Shown piece by piece: positions 1-9,886 of a stretch of 64,000 nt of DNA. The stretch covers positions 25,012-89,011 of the forward strand of contig CAZWPK010000004.1 in the NCBI GenBank assembly GCA_964635905.1, in the 5' to 3' direction. The notes under the pieces were generated by a model. It was given only the letters and a program-made list of their open reading frames with translations. It was not told where the DNA came from and did no database searches. A program made the translations under genes and the position numbers. Within the stretch, counting starts at the first letter, position 1; each line of letters begins with the position of its first letter. This stretch comes from an uncultured Pseudomonadales bacterium (lineage in GTDB: Bacteria; Patescibacteriota; Microgenomatia; UBA1400; UBA12028).

Positions 1-65
1 TCTCTACGGCTGTAGCTTTCATTCTCTTCTAGAATACCTTTAAGAAAACGAGGTACAATCCAACC

Positions 66-1295
66 ATGGGGTATTCGCGTGACTTCATCAAAGGTATTGG
101 CTGGATCGGAGGAGTTCGATTTCTCTCGAAGGCAATCTTATTTGCCAAGGTCTTTATTTCCTATCGCTATCTTTCTCCACGTGAAGTAGGACTGTTTGGC
201 TTAGCTGTCCTTGCCCTTGGACTCTTGGAGATGGTCACCGAAACGGGTATCAACATCATCATCGTTCGTGACTCTCGGCCGCTGTCCTATTACATCAATA
301 CCGCCTATTTAGTTGCTGTTGTTCGTGGTGTCCTCATCTCTGCAGTTATTCTCCTTCTCTCTTTCATTCTGCCAACGTTTTTCAGAGATCAAGGCCTATT
401 TGGGTTACTTCTTCTTGTGAGTGTAATTCCCGTTATTCGTGGATTTATTAATCCTTCCATCATTCGGTTTCAAAAGGATCTGCAATATCATAAAGAAGCC
501 CTCCTACGTCTATCGTTACTCTTGGTAGATTCTATTGCCGCAATCGTGCTCGTTTCCAGATTTCATACCGCCCAAAGTTTGATTTGGGGAATGATTTTAG
601 CGGCACTGTGTGAAGTGTTATTCTCATTTGCATTTATTCGACCTTGGCCAAAATTTGAATTTAAAAAGAAAGTCTTTCATGAAATTGTAAATCCAGGGAA
701 GTGGATGAATTTCGCTGGAATTCTGGCGTATGCCGAACAAAACTTTGACAACGTCATTGTCGGTCGTGTGTTGGGTCCCACAAGTCTAGGTTATTATCAG
801 ACTGCCTTCAATCTCACCCGAGCTACCGTTGCAGAAATTGGGACCGCCTTTGCGCAGGTATTACTTCCCATCTATAGTCGAATCTCCGGTGACTCCAAAC
901 GCTTGCAGAAAGCAGTCTTGAGTACCGTTATCCCGGCAGCCCTATTGATGCTCATTCCGGTGATTCTATTAAATGTTCCACAAGTGCAAAATTTCATCAT
1001 TTTTTATCTGAAGGAGAAGTGGCGTCCCATGCTTCCGTTAGTCTTTTACCTCTCGATATCCGCTTGGTTTACCGGAATGAATGGCCTCATCAATCCGCTC
1101 TTTTTGGTACGTGATCAATTAAAGAGTTTGGTTTCCATGTATGCAATTGGGTTAGTCCTGATGCTCATTTCAGTCTGGGCTTTAAGTCATCGACTAGGTT
1201 TAGTCGGGGCAGCACAGGGTGTATTACTAGCAAAAATCTTACTCCAGCCCGTGGTGTTGTATTTAGCCATTACACGGAATGCAAAGAAATCATGA
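66..1295 (+). CDS. Polysaccharide biosynthesis membrane protein, Wzx-like flippase (MOP superfamily)
   Basis: 409 aa, ~12 predicted TM helices throughout; length and hydropathy match O-unit flippases; stop overlaps next start (ATGA). Confidence 0.55.
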   Translation: MGYSRDFIKGIGWIGGVRFLSKAILFAKVFISYRYLSPREVGLFGLAVLALGLLEMVTETGINIIIVRDSRPLSYYINTAYLVAVVRGVLISAVILLLSFILPTFFRDQGLFGLLLLVSVIPVIRGFINPSIIRFQKDLQYHKEALLRLSLLLVDSIAAIVLVSRFHTAQSLIWGMILAALCEVLFSFAFIRPWPKFEFKKKVFHEIVNPGKWMNFAGILAYAEQNFDNVIVGRVLGPTSLGYYQTAFNLTRATVAEIGTAFAQVLLPIYSRISGDSKRLQKAVLSTVIPAALLMLIPVILLNVPQVQNFIIFYLKEKWRPMLPLVFYLSISAWFTGMNGLINPLFLVRDQLKSLVSMYAIGLVLMLISVWALSHRLGLVGAAQGVLLAKILLQPVVLYLAITRNAKKS

Positions 1296-2065
1296 GTACA
1301 CCATTTTCCCTGACTGCCGTTGTCCTATCGAAGAATAGTGAAAAAACCCTATCTGCCTGTTTGGATAGTCTGTCGTTTGCAGACACGATCATTGTGGCCG
1401 ATGATGGATCGAGTGATACCACACTAGATATTGCCAAACGTCACAAGGCAAAAATACTTCCGCTGACTGCAACGTCAAGTTTTTCTACGAAACGGAACCA
1501 GGCATTGGCAGCAGTTACGACGCAATGGACACTCTTTGTCGATTCTGATGAAGTGGTGAGCAGTGCGCTACAAGAATCTATTGAAGCGTTTATCGCAGTC
1601 GCTCCGCCAACGACGGCAGGAGCTTTGCTGCAACGCGACGATATCTTTTTGGGTAGGCATCTGAAGTATGGCGAAACAGGGTCAACTTGGTTGTTGCGAC
1701 TAGCACGAACACATTCGGGGACTTGGAAGCGCAACGTGCATGAGGTATGGAAAGTGGAAGGGAGGGTCGAAAGTCTTTCCGGCATCTTACTGCATCGTTC
1801 GCACACTTCCATTACCTCGTTTTTTGACAAAATCATTGGGTACACCAGAATCGAAGCAGAAAGCCGAACAACGAAGAAGTCTCCATTTCTTTGGCTCAAA
1901 ACGATGATCGAACTAGTGCTCTTTCCACCGCTAAAGTTTGGGTATACCTATGTTGTGAAGGCTGGGTTTCGAGATGGCTTTCCCGGATTTGTCATGAGCT
2001 ATATGATGAGTATGCATTCCTTATGGGTTCGTATTCAGATTCTGGAGATTCTACGAAAGCGGTAA
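1292..2065 (+). CDS. Family 2 glycosyltransferase
   Basis: N-terminal 'LTAVVLSKNSEKTL...IIVADDGSSDTT' (GT-A fold DxD/DDGS motif); translationally coupled to the flippase. Confidence 0.75.
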   Translation: MSTPFSLTAVVLSKNSEKTLSACLDSLSFADTIIVADDGSSDTTLDIAKRHKAKILPLTATSSFSTKRNQALAAVTTQWTLFVDSDEVVSSALQESIEAFIAVAPPTTAGALLQRDDIFLGRHLKYGETGSTWLLRLARTHSGTWKRNVHEVWKVEGRVESLSGILLHRSHTSITSFFDKIIGYTRIEAESRTTKKSPFLWLKTMIELVLFPPLKFGYTYVVKAGFRDGFPGFVMSYMMSMHSLWVRIQILEILRKR

Positions 2066-3267
2066 GTAAACCCATCCACCATTCGTCTCTTTCCTCCTTT
2101 TTTCGCATTGGGGTTTTGTTAAGTATCGGGTTATGGGTATTTGGACAGTTTGAGCGTATCGAGCTTGATCAGGGCAGAGCCTTGTATGGGCATGACTTTG
2201 TACTTTTCGTACTCGTTACGATCACCGCTTGGAAATGGCGCGACGCACTACTAAAAAGTTTTTCAACTACAATTGGTGTGCTGTGGATTTCAAGCGTGAG
2301 TTGGATTGTGCTCAACATCAGTATTCACTTCGGATCTGATCCAACTGGAGCGCTCACGGGAACGTTGTACCTCGGTCGACTTTGTGTTCTGACGGGGTTT
2401 GCGTGGGCGCTAAGCATGTTGATAAAAACCCATCGACTGTCGTTACACTATTTTTCGCGGACGATTTTTGCAGCATTTTTTGCTGTCTCGGTGTTGGGAT
2501 TTGTACAATACTTTCTATTTCCAGACACCCGTTCACTGGTGTTGATGGGGTGGGACGATCATTATTTTCGGTTAATTTCTACCTTATTTGATCCTGGTTT
2601 TACCGGCATCATTTTGGCAATTGCTGCACTGTTGCATTTGCGAACTGCACTCTATAAGAAAATATCGAACGTTGAGATCTGCTTTATCGTGCTGCATGTG
2701 ATGGGATTATTGCTCACGTATTCCCGAGCCTCGTATCTGGCGTTTGCCACGGGAATTTTCTTGTTATTTTTTATTTTCCGACAGTGGAAAATTCTCTTCG
2801 TGCTACCCGTCTTTGTAAGTTTGTTACTCTTCTTGCCACGACCGGGAGGAGAAGGTGTGAAATTGGAACGAACGGCTAGTGTGGTCGCTAGAATTGAGAG
2901 TAACGCAGTGGCGCTGCAATCGAAGTCAGGTTTCAGCTGGCTAATTGGCAATGGTTGGTACGCAAAGAAAGTGGAACAACCAACGCAAGTCAAAGACGGT
3001 ATACAGGTCCCGAACCACTCCTCAGCCCCAGAGAATTCAGTTCTGTTTGTCTACTCGTCGTTAGGACTGATTGGAGTTGTTCTTATCGGACTACTGATTG
3101 GGGCAATGATCTTGCGTGTGGGATTAACGAGTGAGTTTGCAATAGTCATTTCAATGGTGCTTGTTCATTCACTCTTTTCCAATACGCTCTTTCACCCCTT
3201 CATTCTCATTCTGCTTGCCTGGATTATGGCACGAAGCGTACATGCCGCTCCTCAACAGTCTCAATGA
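2023..3267 (+). CDS. O-antigen ligase/polymerase family integral membrane protein (start uncertain)
   Basis: About 10-12 TM helices with a large loop near the C-terminal third, typical of WaaL/Wzy-like proteins; the ORF-track start at 1891 overlaps the GT2 gene, so the first in-frame ATG (2023) was chosen. Confidence 0.45.
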   Translation: MGSYSDSGDSTKAVSKPIHHSSLSSFFRIGVLLSIGLWVFGQFERIELDQGRALYGHDFVLFVLVTITAWKWRDALLKSFSTTIGVLWISSVSWIVLNISIHFGSDPTGALTGTLYLGRLCVLTGFAWALSMLIKTHRLSLHYFSRTIFAAFFAVSVLGFVQYFLFPDTRSLVLMGWDDHYFRLISTLFDPGFTGIILAIAALLHLRTALYKKISNVEICFIVLHVMGLLLTYSRASYLAFATGIFLLFFIFRQWKILFVLPVFVSLLLFLPRPGGEGVKLERTASVVARIESNAVALQSKSGFSWLIGNGWYAKKVEQPTQVKDGIQVPNHSSAPENSVLFVYSSLGLIGVVLIGLLIGAMILRVGLTSEFAIVISMVLVHSLFSNTLFHPFILILLAWIMARSVHAAPQQSQ

Positions 3268-3931
3268 GTGCAGCGTTGATGGCTTTGATGACAATGGTGT
3301 TATCGCCTTCTGATAACTGAACGGCTCCAGAGAATGCGCCATTATTGGCGACAAATAGGATGCGATCATTAATATAGACTTTGTTTCCCGCATCCGTTTT
3401 CCCTTTGACGGTGATGGGATTATCCCGTCGCTTGGTCACATCTTGATTCTCGGTAGGTGATTCAATCTCCAGCTTTGGTGCATCTTTGACAAAGGAAATG
3501 TGGAGTTCTCCGGAAGGGTTGCTTCGAACACTTTGCTCATTTTCAACCACGGCGGTAAAGGTATTGTCACCTGACTCTAACGTGACCGCATCAAAAGTAA
3601 ACGAGCCTGCGTCATCCGAACGAGTCTCTGGTCCTGGTACTCCATTTTGAAGCAAGATGACTTTGGAATTGGGTTGTGCACTTCCTGCTAGAGCTAAGGA
3701 TGCGCTCGAGGTCGCATCAAAGGGCTGCTCTAGAGTCGGACGAGAAGGCAGAATTGTATTCTCACTGGTCGCTGCTTTGTAGCCTAGGTTGCGAAGCGCC
3801 ATCACGCGAATAAATCCAGGCAGAATTAGGAAGAGAAAGGCAACAATCAAGCCTATGCCGCTTCCAAAAAAGATCAGCGTTTGACGAAGCAGTATTTTTT
3901 GTTCATGTGATTGCAGTCTGGAGTGGGGCAT
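3224..3931 (-). CDS. Membrane-anchored hypothetical protein with beta-rich extracellular domain
   Basis: N-terminal TM 'LIFFGSGIGLIVAFLFLILPGF', then a Ser/Thr/Asn-rich beta-strand-like region; convergent with the ligase gene. Confidence 0.4.
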   Translation of the reverse strand: MPHSRLQSHEQKILLRQTLIFFGSGIGLIVAFLFLILPGFIRVMALRNLGYKAATSENTILPSRPTLEQPFDATSSASLALAGSAQPNSKVILLQNGVPGPETRSDDAGSFTFDAVTLESGDNTFTAVVENEQSVRSNPSGELHISFVKDAPKLEIESPTENQDVTKRRDNPITVKGKTDAGNKVYINDRILFVANNGAFSGAVQLSEGDNTIVIKAINAALIETVEERHVRFVP

Positions 3932-3960
3932 GGCTAGTAGTATCGACTAATCTTTCTACT

Positions 3961-4036
3961 CGATCAAGTAGTAGACAACATCTCTTGGAGCCAACGGTCG
4001 GGATCGAACCGACGACCTGCGGTTTACGATACCGCT
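3961..4036 (-). tRNA. tRNA-Thr (anticodon CGT)
   Basis: Reverse complement GCCAACG...CGTTGGC-T-CCA folds as a cloverleaf: 7-bp acceptor, GCTC/GAGC D-stem, anticodon loop AUCGUAA, GTTCGATCC T-loop, CCA encoded. Confidence 0.85.
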
Positions 4037-4074
4037 GCTCTACCAGCTGAGCTACGTTGGCAAGGCTCTTCAAG

Positions 4075-5073
4075 CTAGTATTGTACTAGAGAACTGCTAT
4101 TTTTTTTAGACAGCACTTTTCTAGCCGCCAGCGCAATGTGGCGCGCCGTGATTCCGTAGTGTTCATAGAGTTGCTTTGGGGTTCCCGATTGGCCGAATTG
4201 ATCCTGCACACCGACAAACTCCATGGGAAGTGGTAAATGGCTGGCTAGCGTCTGTGCTACCGTACTTCCTAGTCCTCCAATTACCTGATGATCTTCAATT
4301 GTCACCACACAACCGGTTTTTTGACAGTGGGACAATAAGCCCTGGACATCAAACGGTTTGAGCGTATGCACATTGAGGACCTGCGCCTGAATTCCTTGAT
4401 TTAGCAGGTGCTGTCGGGCAAGCAACACGTCATAGAGAAGGGGACCCGTAGACACCAAAGTTACGTGTTCACCTGTTGCAACTTCTTGGACTTTTCCGAG
4501 CTTAAACGGGGTCGTAGGTGTAGAGAGAATGGGAGTTGGTTCTCGGGCGATGCGAAGGTAGACGGGACCGACATGGGAGGCGGCAGCGTTTACTGCTTCT
4601 TCCGTCTGTAGACTATCCGCAGGGGAGAGAACGGTCATATTGGGGAGGACTTGGGTGATCGCCAAATCTTCCAACGCTTGGTGTGTGGCACCGTCAGGAC
4701 CGACAGAAAGACCCGCATGTCCCCCAACAATTTTCACATTCGCATTGGAGTACGCCACGCTCACGCGTAACTGGTCCCAGTTGCGACCTGGACTAAAGAC
4801 TGCATAGGAGCAGACAAAGGGGACTTTGCCACACAATGCCAGTCCTGCCGCAATTCCTAGCATGTTTTGTTCTGCAACCCCACATTCAATAAATCGACTC
4901 GGAAACTCGGTTGCAAACTCTTGAACACGGAGTGACTCCGAAAGATCCGCGGTGAGCACCACAATGTTTTGCTGTTGCTTGCCTAGCCGCAGAAGGGCTC
5001 GACCAAATCCATCGCGGGTTGCTTCTTTTTTAATGTCTAATGGGTTCTCGATGGTGTTCCAATGCGATGTCAT
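4075..5073 (-). CDS. Transketolase, C-terminal (pyrimidine-binding + C-terminal domain) subunit
   Basis: 'EFPSRFIECGVAEQNMLGIAAGLA', 'GGHAGLSVGPDGATHQ' transketolase Pyr-domain motifs; ATG at 5073-5071 overlaps the N-subunit stop (ATGA). Confidence 0.85.
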   Translation of the reverse strand: MTSHWNTIENPLDIKKEATRDGFGRALLRLGKQQQNIVVLTADLSESLRVQEFATEFPSRFIECGVAEQNMLGIAAGLALCGKVPFVCSYAVFSPGRNWDQLRVSVAYSNANVKIVGGHAGLSVGPDGATHQALEDLAITQVLPNMTVLSPADSLQTEEAVNAAASHVGPVYLRIAREPTPILSTPTTPFKLGKVQEVATGEHVTLVSTGPLLYDVLLARQHLLNQGIQAQVLNVHTLKPFDVQGLLSHCQKTGCVVTIEDHQVIGGLGSTVAQTLASHLPLPMEFVGVQDQFGQSGTPKQLYEHYGITARHIALAARKVLSKKNSSSLVQY

Positions 5074-5924
5074 GCCATTCCTTGAGTTGAAAGTTCTTGT
5101 AACGCTTGCGCTGCTTGTGCGGGATTGGGAGGTTTCCCATGCCAAGTGTAGTCCTGTTCCATAAAGGACACCCCTTTTCCTGGAATGGTGTGGGCGATGA
5201 TGCAGGTTGGTTTTTCATGAATCGCTTTTGCGGCGATACAAGCAGACTCAATCTCCGCAATCGAATGTCCATCCACTTCAATGACATGCCAATTAAAGCT
5301 TTCATACTTTTCACAGAGAGGTTCTAACGGCATGATGGTTTGTGTTGTTCCGCTGATTTGGATGTCATTGCGATCAATAATTACGGTCAAGTTGAAGAGG
5401 TGGTACTTTGAAGCGAAGAGCATTGCTTCAAAAACTTGTCCCTCGTTATGTTCCCCATCACTCAAGATACAGTACACATGGGCTGGGTTGTTCTCTAATC
5501 GCAAGGCTAACGCCATTCCGATTGCCTGAGAAAACCCTTGCCCTAGGGGACCACTGCTTGTTTCAACCCCTGGACAATCTAGTCTACTTGGATGACCCTG
5601 AAGGCGCGAACCAAACTGGCGCTGCGTTTCTAACTCTTTAACAGAAAAGTACCCAGATTCCGCGAGGCTCGCGTAGAGCACAGGACAGATATGCCCACAC
5701 GACAAAATCAGTCGATCTCGTTCATTCCAGGCTGGATTACTGGGGTCATGATTAAGCAGTGAAAAGTAGAGAACGGAAAAGACATCCGCCATCCCAAGGG
5801 CCCCCGCACTGTGACCAGATCCAGCTTTGGCAAGCATGCTGATAATATCTTTGCGGATCGTTGTCGCTTTTGCTTTAAGCTCTTGGTGTGTACAGTTGAA
5901 TGGATTCACTTCTCTATCATACAA
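5070..5924 (-). CDS. Transketolase, N-terminal (TPP-binding) subunit
   Basis: 'GSGHSAGALGMADVFSVLYF', 'GHPSR', 'SDGEHNEGQVFEA' TPP-binding signatures; split two-gene form. Confidence 0.85.
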   Translation of the reverse strand: MYDREVNPFNCTHQELKAKATTIRKDIISMLAKAGSGHSAGALGMADVFSVLYFSLLNHDPSNPAWNERDRLILSCGHICPVLYASLAESGYFSVKELETQRQFGSRLQGHPSRLDCPGVETSSGPLGQGFSQAIGMALALRLENNPAHVYCILSDGEHNEGQVFEAMLFASKYHLFNLTVIIDRNDIQISGTTQTIMPLEPLCEKYESFNWHVIEVDGHSIAEIESACIAAKAIHEKPTCIIAHTIPGKGVSFMEQDYTWHGKPPNPAQAAQALQELSTQGMA

Positions 5925-5994
5925 ACTGAGAAATGGACAGTACAGGGGTAGCGCAAGGGATACGTCCTACTGCGATGCATTGCAGCAAGGAAGA

Positions 5995-7077
5995 TTACGT
6001 GTCCGTTGCGTAGAGAGGTCCGATTTCCTCAAGAAGACTGGGGATGAGTGCTTGTGCTAGCGTATTTCCAATGAGCACATGAGCTCGCTCTTTTGGGACA
6101 TTCCACACTACGAATAGATGTAACCAATACAACATTATGTTTGAAATCTGAATCCTTTTCTCTGCGTCTTTTGAGACCTCAGCAGGTAGAGTTTTGATCA
6201 TTTTTTCACGTTGATAACGAATGCGTGCAATTTGTATGGATGGCAACTGATTCGAATGATAAATAAAGTATCTGGTTTCTTGTTCAAGCAGCTCTGTAAG
6301 CGAAGCAATGGCTTGCGCATTACCCATTTTTGAGACGATTGCTTTCAACTGTTCTTGCTTTTCACTCAAATTATCAGCGCGAATTGAATAGTTCAAATCA
6401 AGACCAATTTCCTTCATCATAAGATGAAAAAGGTCAATACTACGAACCGATCCCATGGTTGAGATTGTTGCACGTTGTCTTTTAGTAATTTCTTGAATCA
6501 CGGGATTGGGAACAAAGGCAACATGGTGGCTGTTGACTCCTGGAAGTCTCATGACTCTGGGGACTATCGTCTCGCCACGATCTTCATTCTTACGTTGTAA
6601 ATTGACAAACTCGACAAGAATGAGGTGTGAGGTGTTTGGAGGGTATTGTCTACTAAGAAATTGCTGTACTTGTGCAACCATCAGGTCTGACGTTGCCCAG
6701 TCTTCCTTGGTTTTGAATTCTGAATCTTTCTTTTTGAGTATTAATTCTTGTAGTGCATGTGTGCGATCGTAATAGACATAATCGATGTGAAGATTAATTC
6801 CATACATGCTCAAGATTTGTCGGGCAGCCACAGCAAGTGCAGTGGTCCAGGTTGTTTTCCCAGAACCTGGTGGTCCAAAAACTGTCACAACAGTTTTTTC
6901 GTTGTGAGCGATATCACGAATTAACTCAATTCCGATTGAATGCCCATTCGAATCTTGAAAGGCTTCCAAATTGGTCGTACTTGCAGCATGACGAACCGAG
7001 GAGTTACTGCTCGTTCGTTCCGCAAACTCTCGGAGAAGTTGCTTACTCTTTGGCAGCTCGAAATCTGGAAAACTCAT
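5995..7077 (-). CDS. P-loop NTPase / small-molecule kinase-like protein (AAA_33/zeta-toxin-like fold)
   Basis: Walker A 'FGPPGSGKTT', Walker B-like 'HLILVEF'; start ATG immediately abuts the stop of the upstream histidine kinase. Confidence 0.5.
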   Translation of the reverse strand: MSFPDFELPKSKQLLREFAERTSSNSSVRHAASTTNLEAFQDSNGHSIGIELIRDIAHNEKTVVTVFGPPGSGKTTWTTALAVAARQILSMYGINLHIDYVYYDRTHALQELILKKKDSEFKTKEDWATSDLMVAQVQQFLSRQYPPNTSHLILVEFVNLQRKNEDRGETIVPRVMRLPGVNSHHVAFVPNPVIQEITKRQRATISTMGSVRSIDLFHLMMKEIGLDLNYSIRADNLSEKQEQLKAIVSKMGNAQAIASLTELLEQETRYFIYHSNQLPSIQIARIRYQREKMIKTLPAEVSKDAEKRIQISNIMLYWLHLFVVWNVPKERAHVLIGNTLAQALIPSLLEEIGPLYATDT

Positions 7078-8238
7078 TTAAAGTTGATGAATTGGCAGAG
7101 TTACCGTTACAGTGGTTCCTACACCGACGGTTGAATCAATGGCGATCGTTCCGTGGTGTGCCTGCACAATTTTGTTGCTAATAAATAATCCTAAACCTAA
7201 ACCTTCTTTTGTATTTTCTTTCCCTTTATAAAATTCCTCAAACAGATGGGTTAAATCAGACGATTCAATTCCCTTGCCCTGATCTATCACATGAAAAACA
7301 ATGGAGTCTTTCCCATCTTCAATTTTCAAGAGCACCGTTTTCTTATCATTTGTAAATTTTGCCGCATTATTGAGTAGATTAATAAAGACTTGAACCAACT
7401 TGTCACGATCTGCAACGAGATGCCGGTTGGGATTTAAGATCAGGTTGCTGACTTCTAGCGTCTGGGTAGGATACGACATCTGGAAATCATTGAGAACTAT
7501 CGTTACTAAATCAGTCACCAGCACATTCTTAAAGGTGTAATTCATTTTCCCAGAACGAATTTGGTTGATGTGCAGTAACTCGTTGATGAGGCGACTCATG
7601 CGCTTTGAAGACAATAACAGCGAATTGATCCAGACTGGGTTTGGGACGGTATTTTTCTCCACACATTTTTTCACGAGTTCCACGTAGGCAAGAATTGCAG
7701 TTAGCGGGGTTTTGAGCTCATGACTTGCCATTGAAACGAATAAGTCACGCGTGGAGACGGCTTCCTTTAAATCTGAAAGCAGTGAGATATTCCGTAACTT
7801 TAAACTTGCTAGTGAGCCGAATAACTGCAATGTTTGCATTCTCTTGGCAGTGATTGGTTTGGAGTACTTTGAATCAAGGGCAATCACACCGATCGCATAA
7901 TTTTCATAGGAGAGGGGAATAAACACAATCCGTTTCGTTTGCGACTTCCCGTACACAGGATGAATCTTTTTCATTTTGGAAACGGGCACGACTACGGCTT
8001 TTTTTGTCTTAAACGACTGGTACGTGTACCCTTCCATTCGAGGAACAATTTGCAATTCCTTTGGAACAGTAGAATAGACACGCACAAGTTTGTCGTGCTT
8101 CATCAGGAAGATACTTCCATACATCGCATCTGCCAGACGTTGGGCCTCTTGTACGATGGCTGAATACGTATCATCAGCCGTCAAGGTTCCCATGAGCCGC
8201 AGGGTGGATTTGTACACTGCTGTTATGGATGTATTCAT
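7078..8238 (-). CDS. Cytoplasmic sensor histidine kinase with N-terminal GAF-like domain
   Basis: H-box 'ASHELKTPLTAILAYVEL', N-box 'FINLLNNAAKFT', G1 'DQGKGI', G2 'GLGLGLFISNKIV'; no TM segments; ~160 aa N-terminal GAF-like region. Confidence 0.8.
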   Translation of the reverse strand: MNTSITAVYKSTLRLMGTLTADDTYSAIVQEAQRLADAMYGSIFLMKHDKLVRVYSTVPKELQIVPRMEGYTYQSFKTKKAVVVPVSKMKKIHPVYGKSQTKRIVFIPLSYENYAIGVIALDSKYSKPITAKRMQTLQLFGSLASLKLRNISLLSDLKEAVSTRDLFVSMASHELKTPLTAILAYVELVKKCVEKNTVPNPVWINSLLLSSKRMSRLINELLHINQIRSGKMNYTFKNVLVTDLVTIVLNDFQMSYPTQTLEVSNLILNPNRHLVADRDKLVQVFINLLNNAAKFTNDKKTVLLKIEDGKDSIVFHVIDQGKGIESSDLTHLFEEFYKGKENTKEGLGLGLFISNKIVQAHHGTIAIDSTVGVGTTVTVTLPIHQL

Positions 8239-8421
8239 TAATGGAGAACTAGTATATTACAACTATTGATTGTATCATTCTTGAGAAGAACCAGATAGCG
8301 TGACTCTCAAAACTGAGACCAATGTAAGAGAATTTTGTCAGCTGAACGGCTCGTTTATTACCACAGAGATTCACAGGCGTTACACTATAGGTCATCACCA
8401 AGTGGTACGGAGAACCTATCT

Positions 8422-8637
8422 ATGGGAAAACCTTTTGAAACATTGGGAAGAATTGCAGAAGAACTTGCAAAGAAACTGGGTGTTGCAACCAAGTCAGATA
8501 CCCTTGCTCCGTTATCCAGAGAAGAATTAGAACGACAAAAGGTGAAGGTGCTGTCGGAGTTTAATGCTGCAGAGAATGCCTATATGTTCATTCACTTTGC
8601 AGATATTGTGAACTTGCGTGGAGGTGCATATGACTGA
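8422..8637 (+). CDS. Small hypothetical protein
   Basis: ORF with a GGAG-type RBS before ATG 8422; no recognisable motif. Confidence 0.2.
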   Translation: MGKPFETLGRIAEELAKKLGVATKSDTLAPLSREELERQKVKVLSEFNAAENAYMFIHFADIVNLRGGAYD

Positions 8638-8670
8638 AACCCTCAGCTTGCAGCGTACGTTAAAGGAGCC

Positions 8671-8859
8671 ATGGCAGAGGATGTATTTAACATGATTCCG
8701 GAAAGTGTAGTAACAATCACTATCAATGGAACTACCTATCATCGATCACGATCGGTTGCAGATCAGCCTACTGCAAAGCTATGGGATAGGGAGGATCTTA
8801 TTACGTACTTCAGGGCTCAATTCGGAAGTAACTGGAGAGAACCGGCGGGGCGAAGGTAA
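8671..8859 (+). CDS. Small hypothetical protein
   Basis: 62 aa ORF with strong RBS (AAAGGAG); no recognisable motif. Confidence 0.2.
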   Translation: MAEDVFNMIPESVVTITINGTTYHRSRSVADQPTAKLWDREDLITYFRAQFGSNWREPAGRR

Positions 8860-9053
8860 CCGTAGCAATAATCATTCGGGAATCAGAGTCAGTTTGCGTC
8901 CTGAGTTGGTAAACGTACTTTGCTCTAACAGAGTAGACTAGAATTTTCCTGAAGATAATTACCCACCCAAAAAGTGGATTGTCTTCGTATGGAATGGTGT
9001 ATCAGTCAGGCTTTAAAAAAAGCAATTCTCACAATGTCTATGAGTACTCTCAA

Positions 9054-9572
9054 CTACTCTCGAACAATCATCAACATGTCCGTATTAACGTTTAAGTCCA
9101 TGCGTCGCATGAATTCTAGATAGATTGAATAGAGTGAAAATTTATTGTCACCACTAAATAGAAATTCGTAAAGCTCTAGAAGTTTCTCTTTTTCTGGTTC
9201 GCTCAAATCGCTGAAAGGTTTGTCAATACTATCGGAATTTTGCAATAGTCTGCCAAATCTTGTCGATGACTCATGGACTTCTCGAGAAATATCTGGACTA
9301 TTAAAAAATGAGGCAGGTTTAAGACCAGTGCTAGGATCTACCACACTGGTATATGTCATGGATATTGAATCAATAATACTTGAAGCCAGTCGGGCGACTC
9401 TGCTTTCGGATTCAACCTTATCTCCAACATTTGTGTCAAAAAGCCATTTTTCACCTGGAGTACGACGATTTTGATCACCACGAGGCACACCTGGAGCAAT
9501 GTCAAGGTTATTTCGCGATCTTTGATTTACTTTTTTTAAATGGGAATGATGCGCTTCGGTATATGATGCCAT
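9054..9572 (-). CDS. Hypothetical protein
   Basis: 172 aa ORF, no TM, no recognisable motif; lies next to tRNA-Gly. Confidence 0.35.
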   Translation of the reverse strand: MASYTEAHHSHLKKVNQRSRNNLDIAPGVPRGDQNRRTPGEKWLFDTNVGDKVESESRVARLASSIIDSISMTYTSVVDPSTGLKPASFFNSPDISREVHESSTRFGRLLQNSDSIDKPFSDLSEPEKEKLLELYEFLFSGDNKFSLYSIYLEFMRRMDLNVNTDMLMIVRE

Positions 9573-9730
9573 AGATACACCTCTTACATGCTACTAGAAA
9601 TACTATACACCTCAAGTCAAGTTATATAGTTTCAAGACAATGTTTCTTGTAATTTCTGAAAATGTCAGTCTTGAACTCGAAGAGAAGTTCGTTCCTGAGG
9701 AAAAAGGAAAAATTTTTGCTCTATGTACTG

Positions 9731-9805
9731 TGGAGCGGGATAGGGGAATCGAACCCCCCTCTCATCCTTGGGAAGGATGCATACTACCGATGTACTAATC
9801 CCGCA
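9731..9805 (-). tRNA. tRNA-Gly (anticodon CCC)
   Basis: Reverse complement GCGGGAT...ATCCCGC-T-CCA; anticodon loop UUCCCAA; GGTTCGATTCC T-arm; CCA encoded. Confidence 0.85.
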
Positions 9806-9886
9806 TGTTGCATTAATTTTATCAAATAAAAGGGGAGTCGCTAGCTGCAACTCCCCTTTCCTCTTTTTCAAACTATATGATTCCAA

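Noticed and set aside
1891-2022. Long upstream extension of the O-antigen-ligase-like ORF overlapping the GT2 gene by 175 nt
   Set aside because: Such a long same-strand overlap is improbable; an internal ATG at 2023 gives a 43-nt overlap. The true start remains uncertain and could be a non-ATG codon near 2100.
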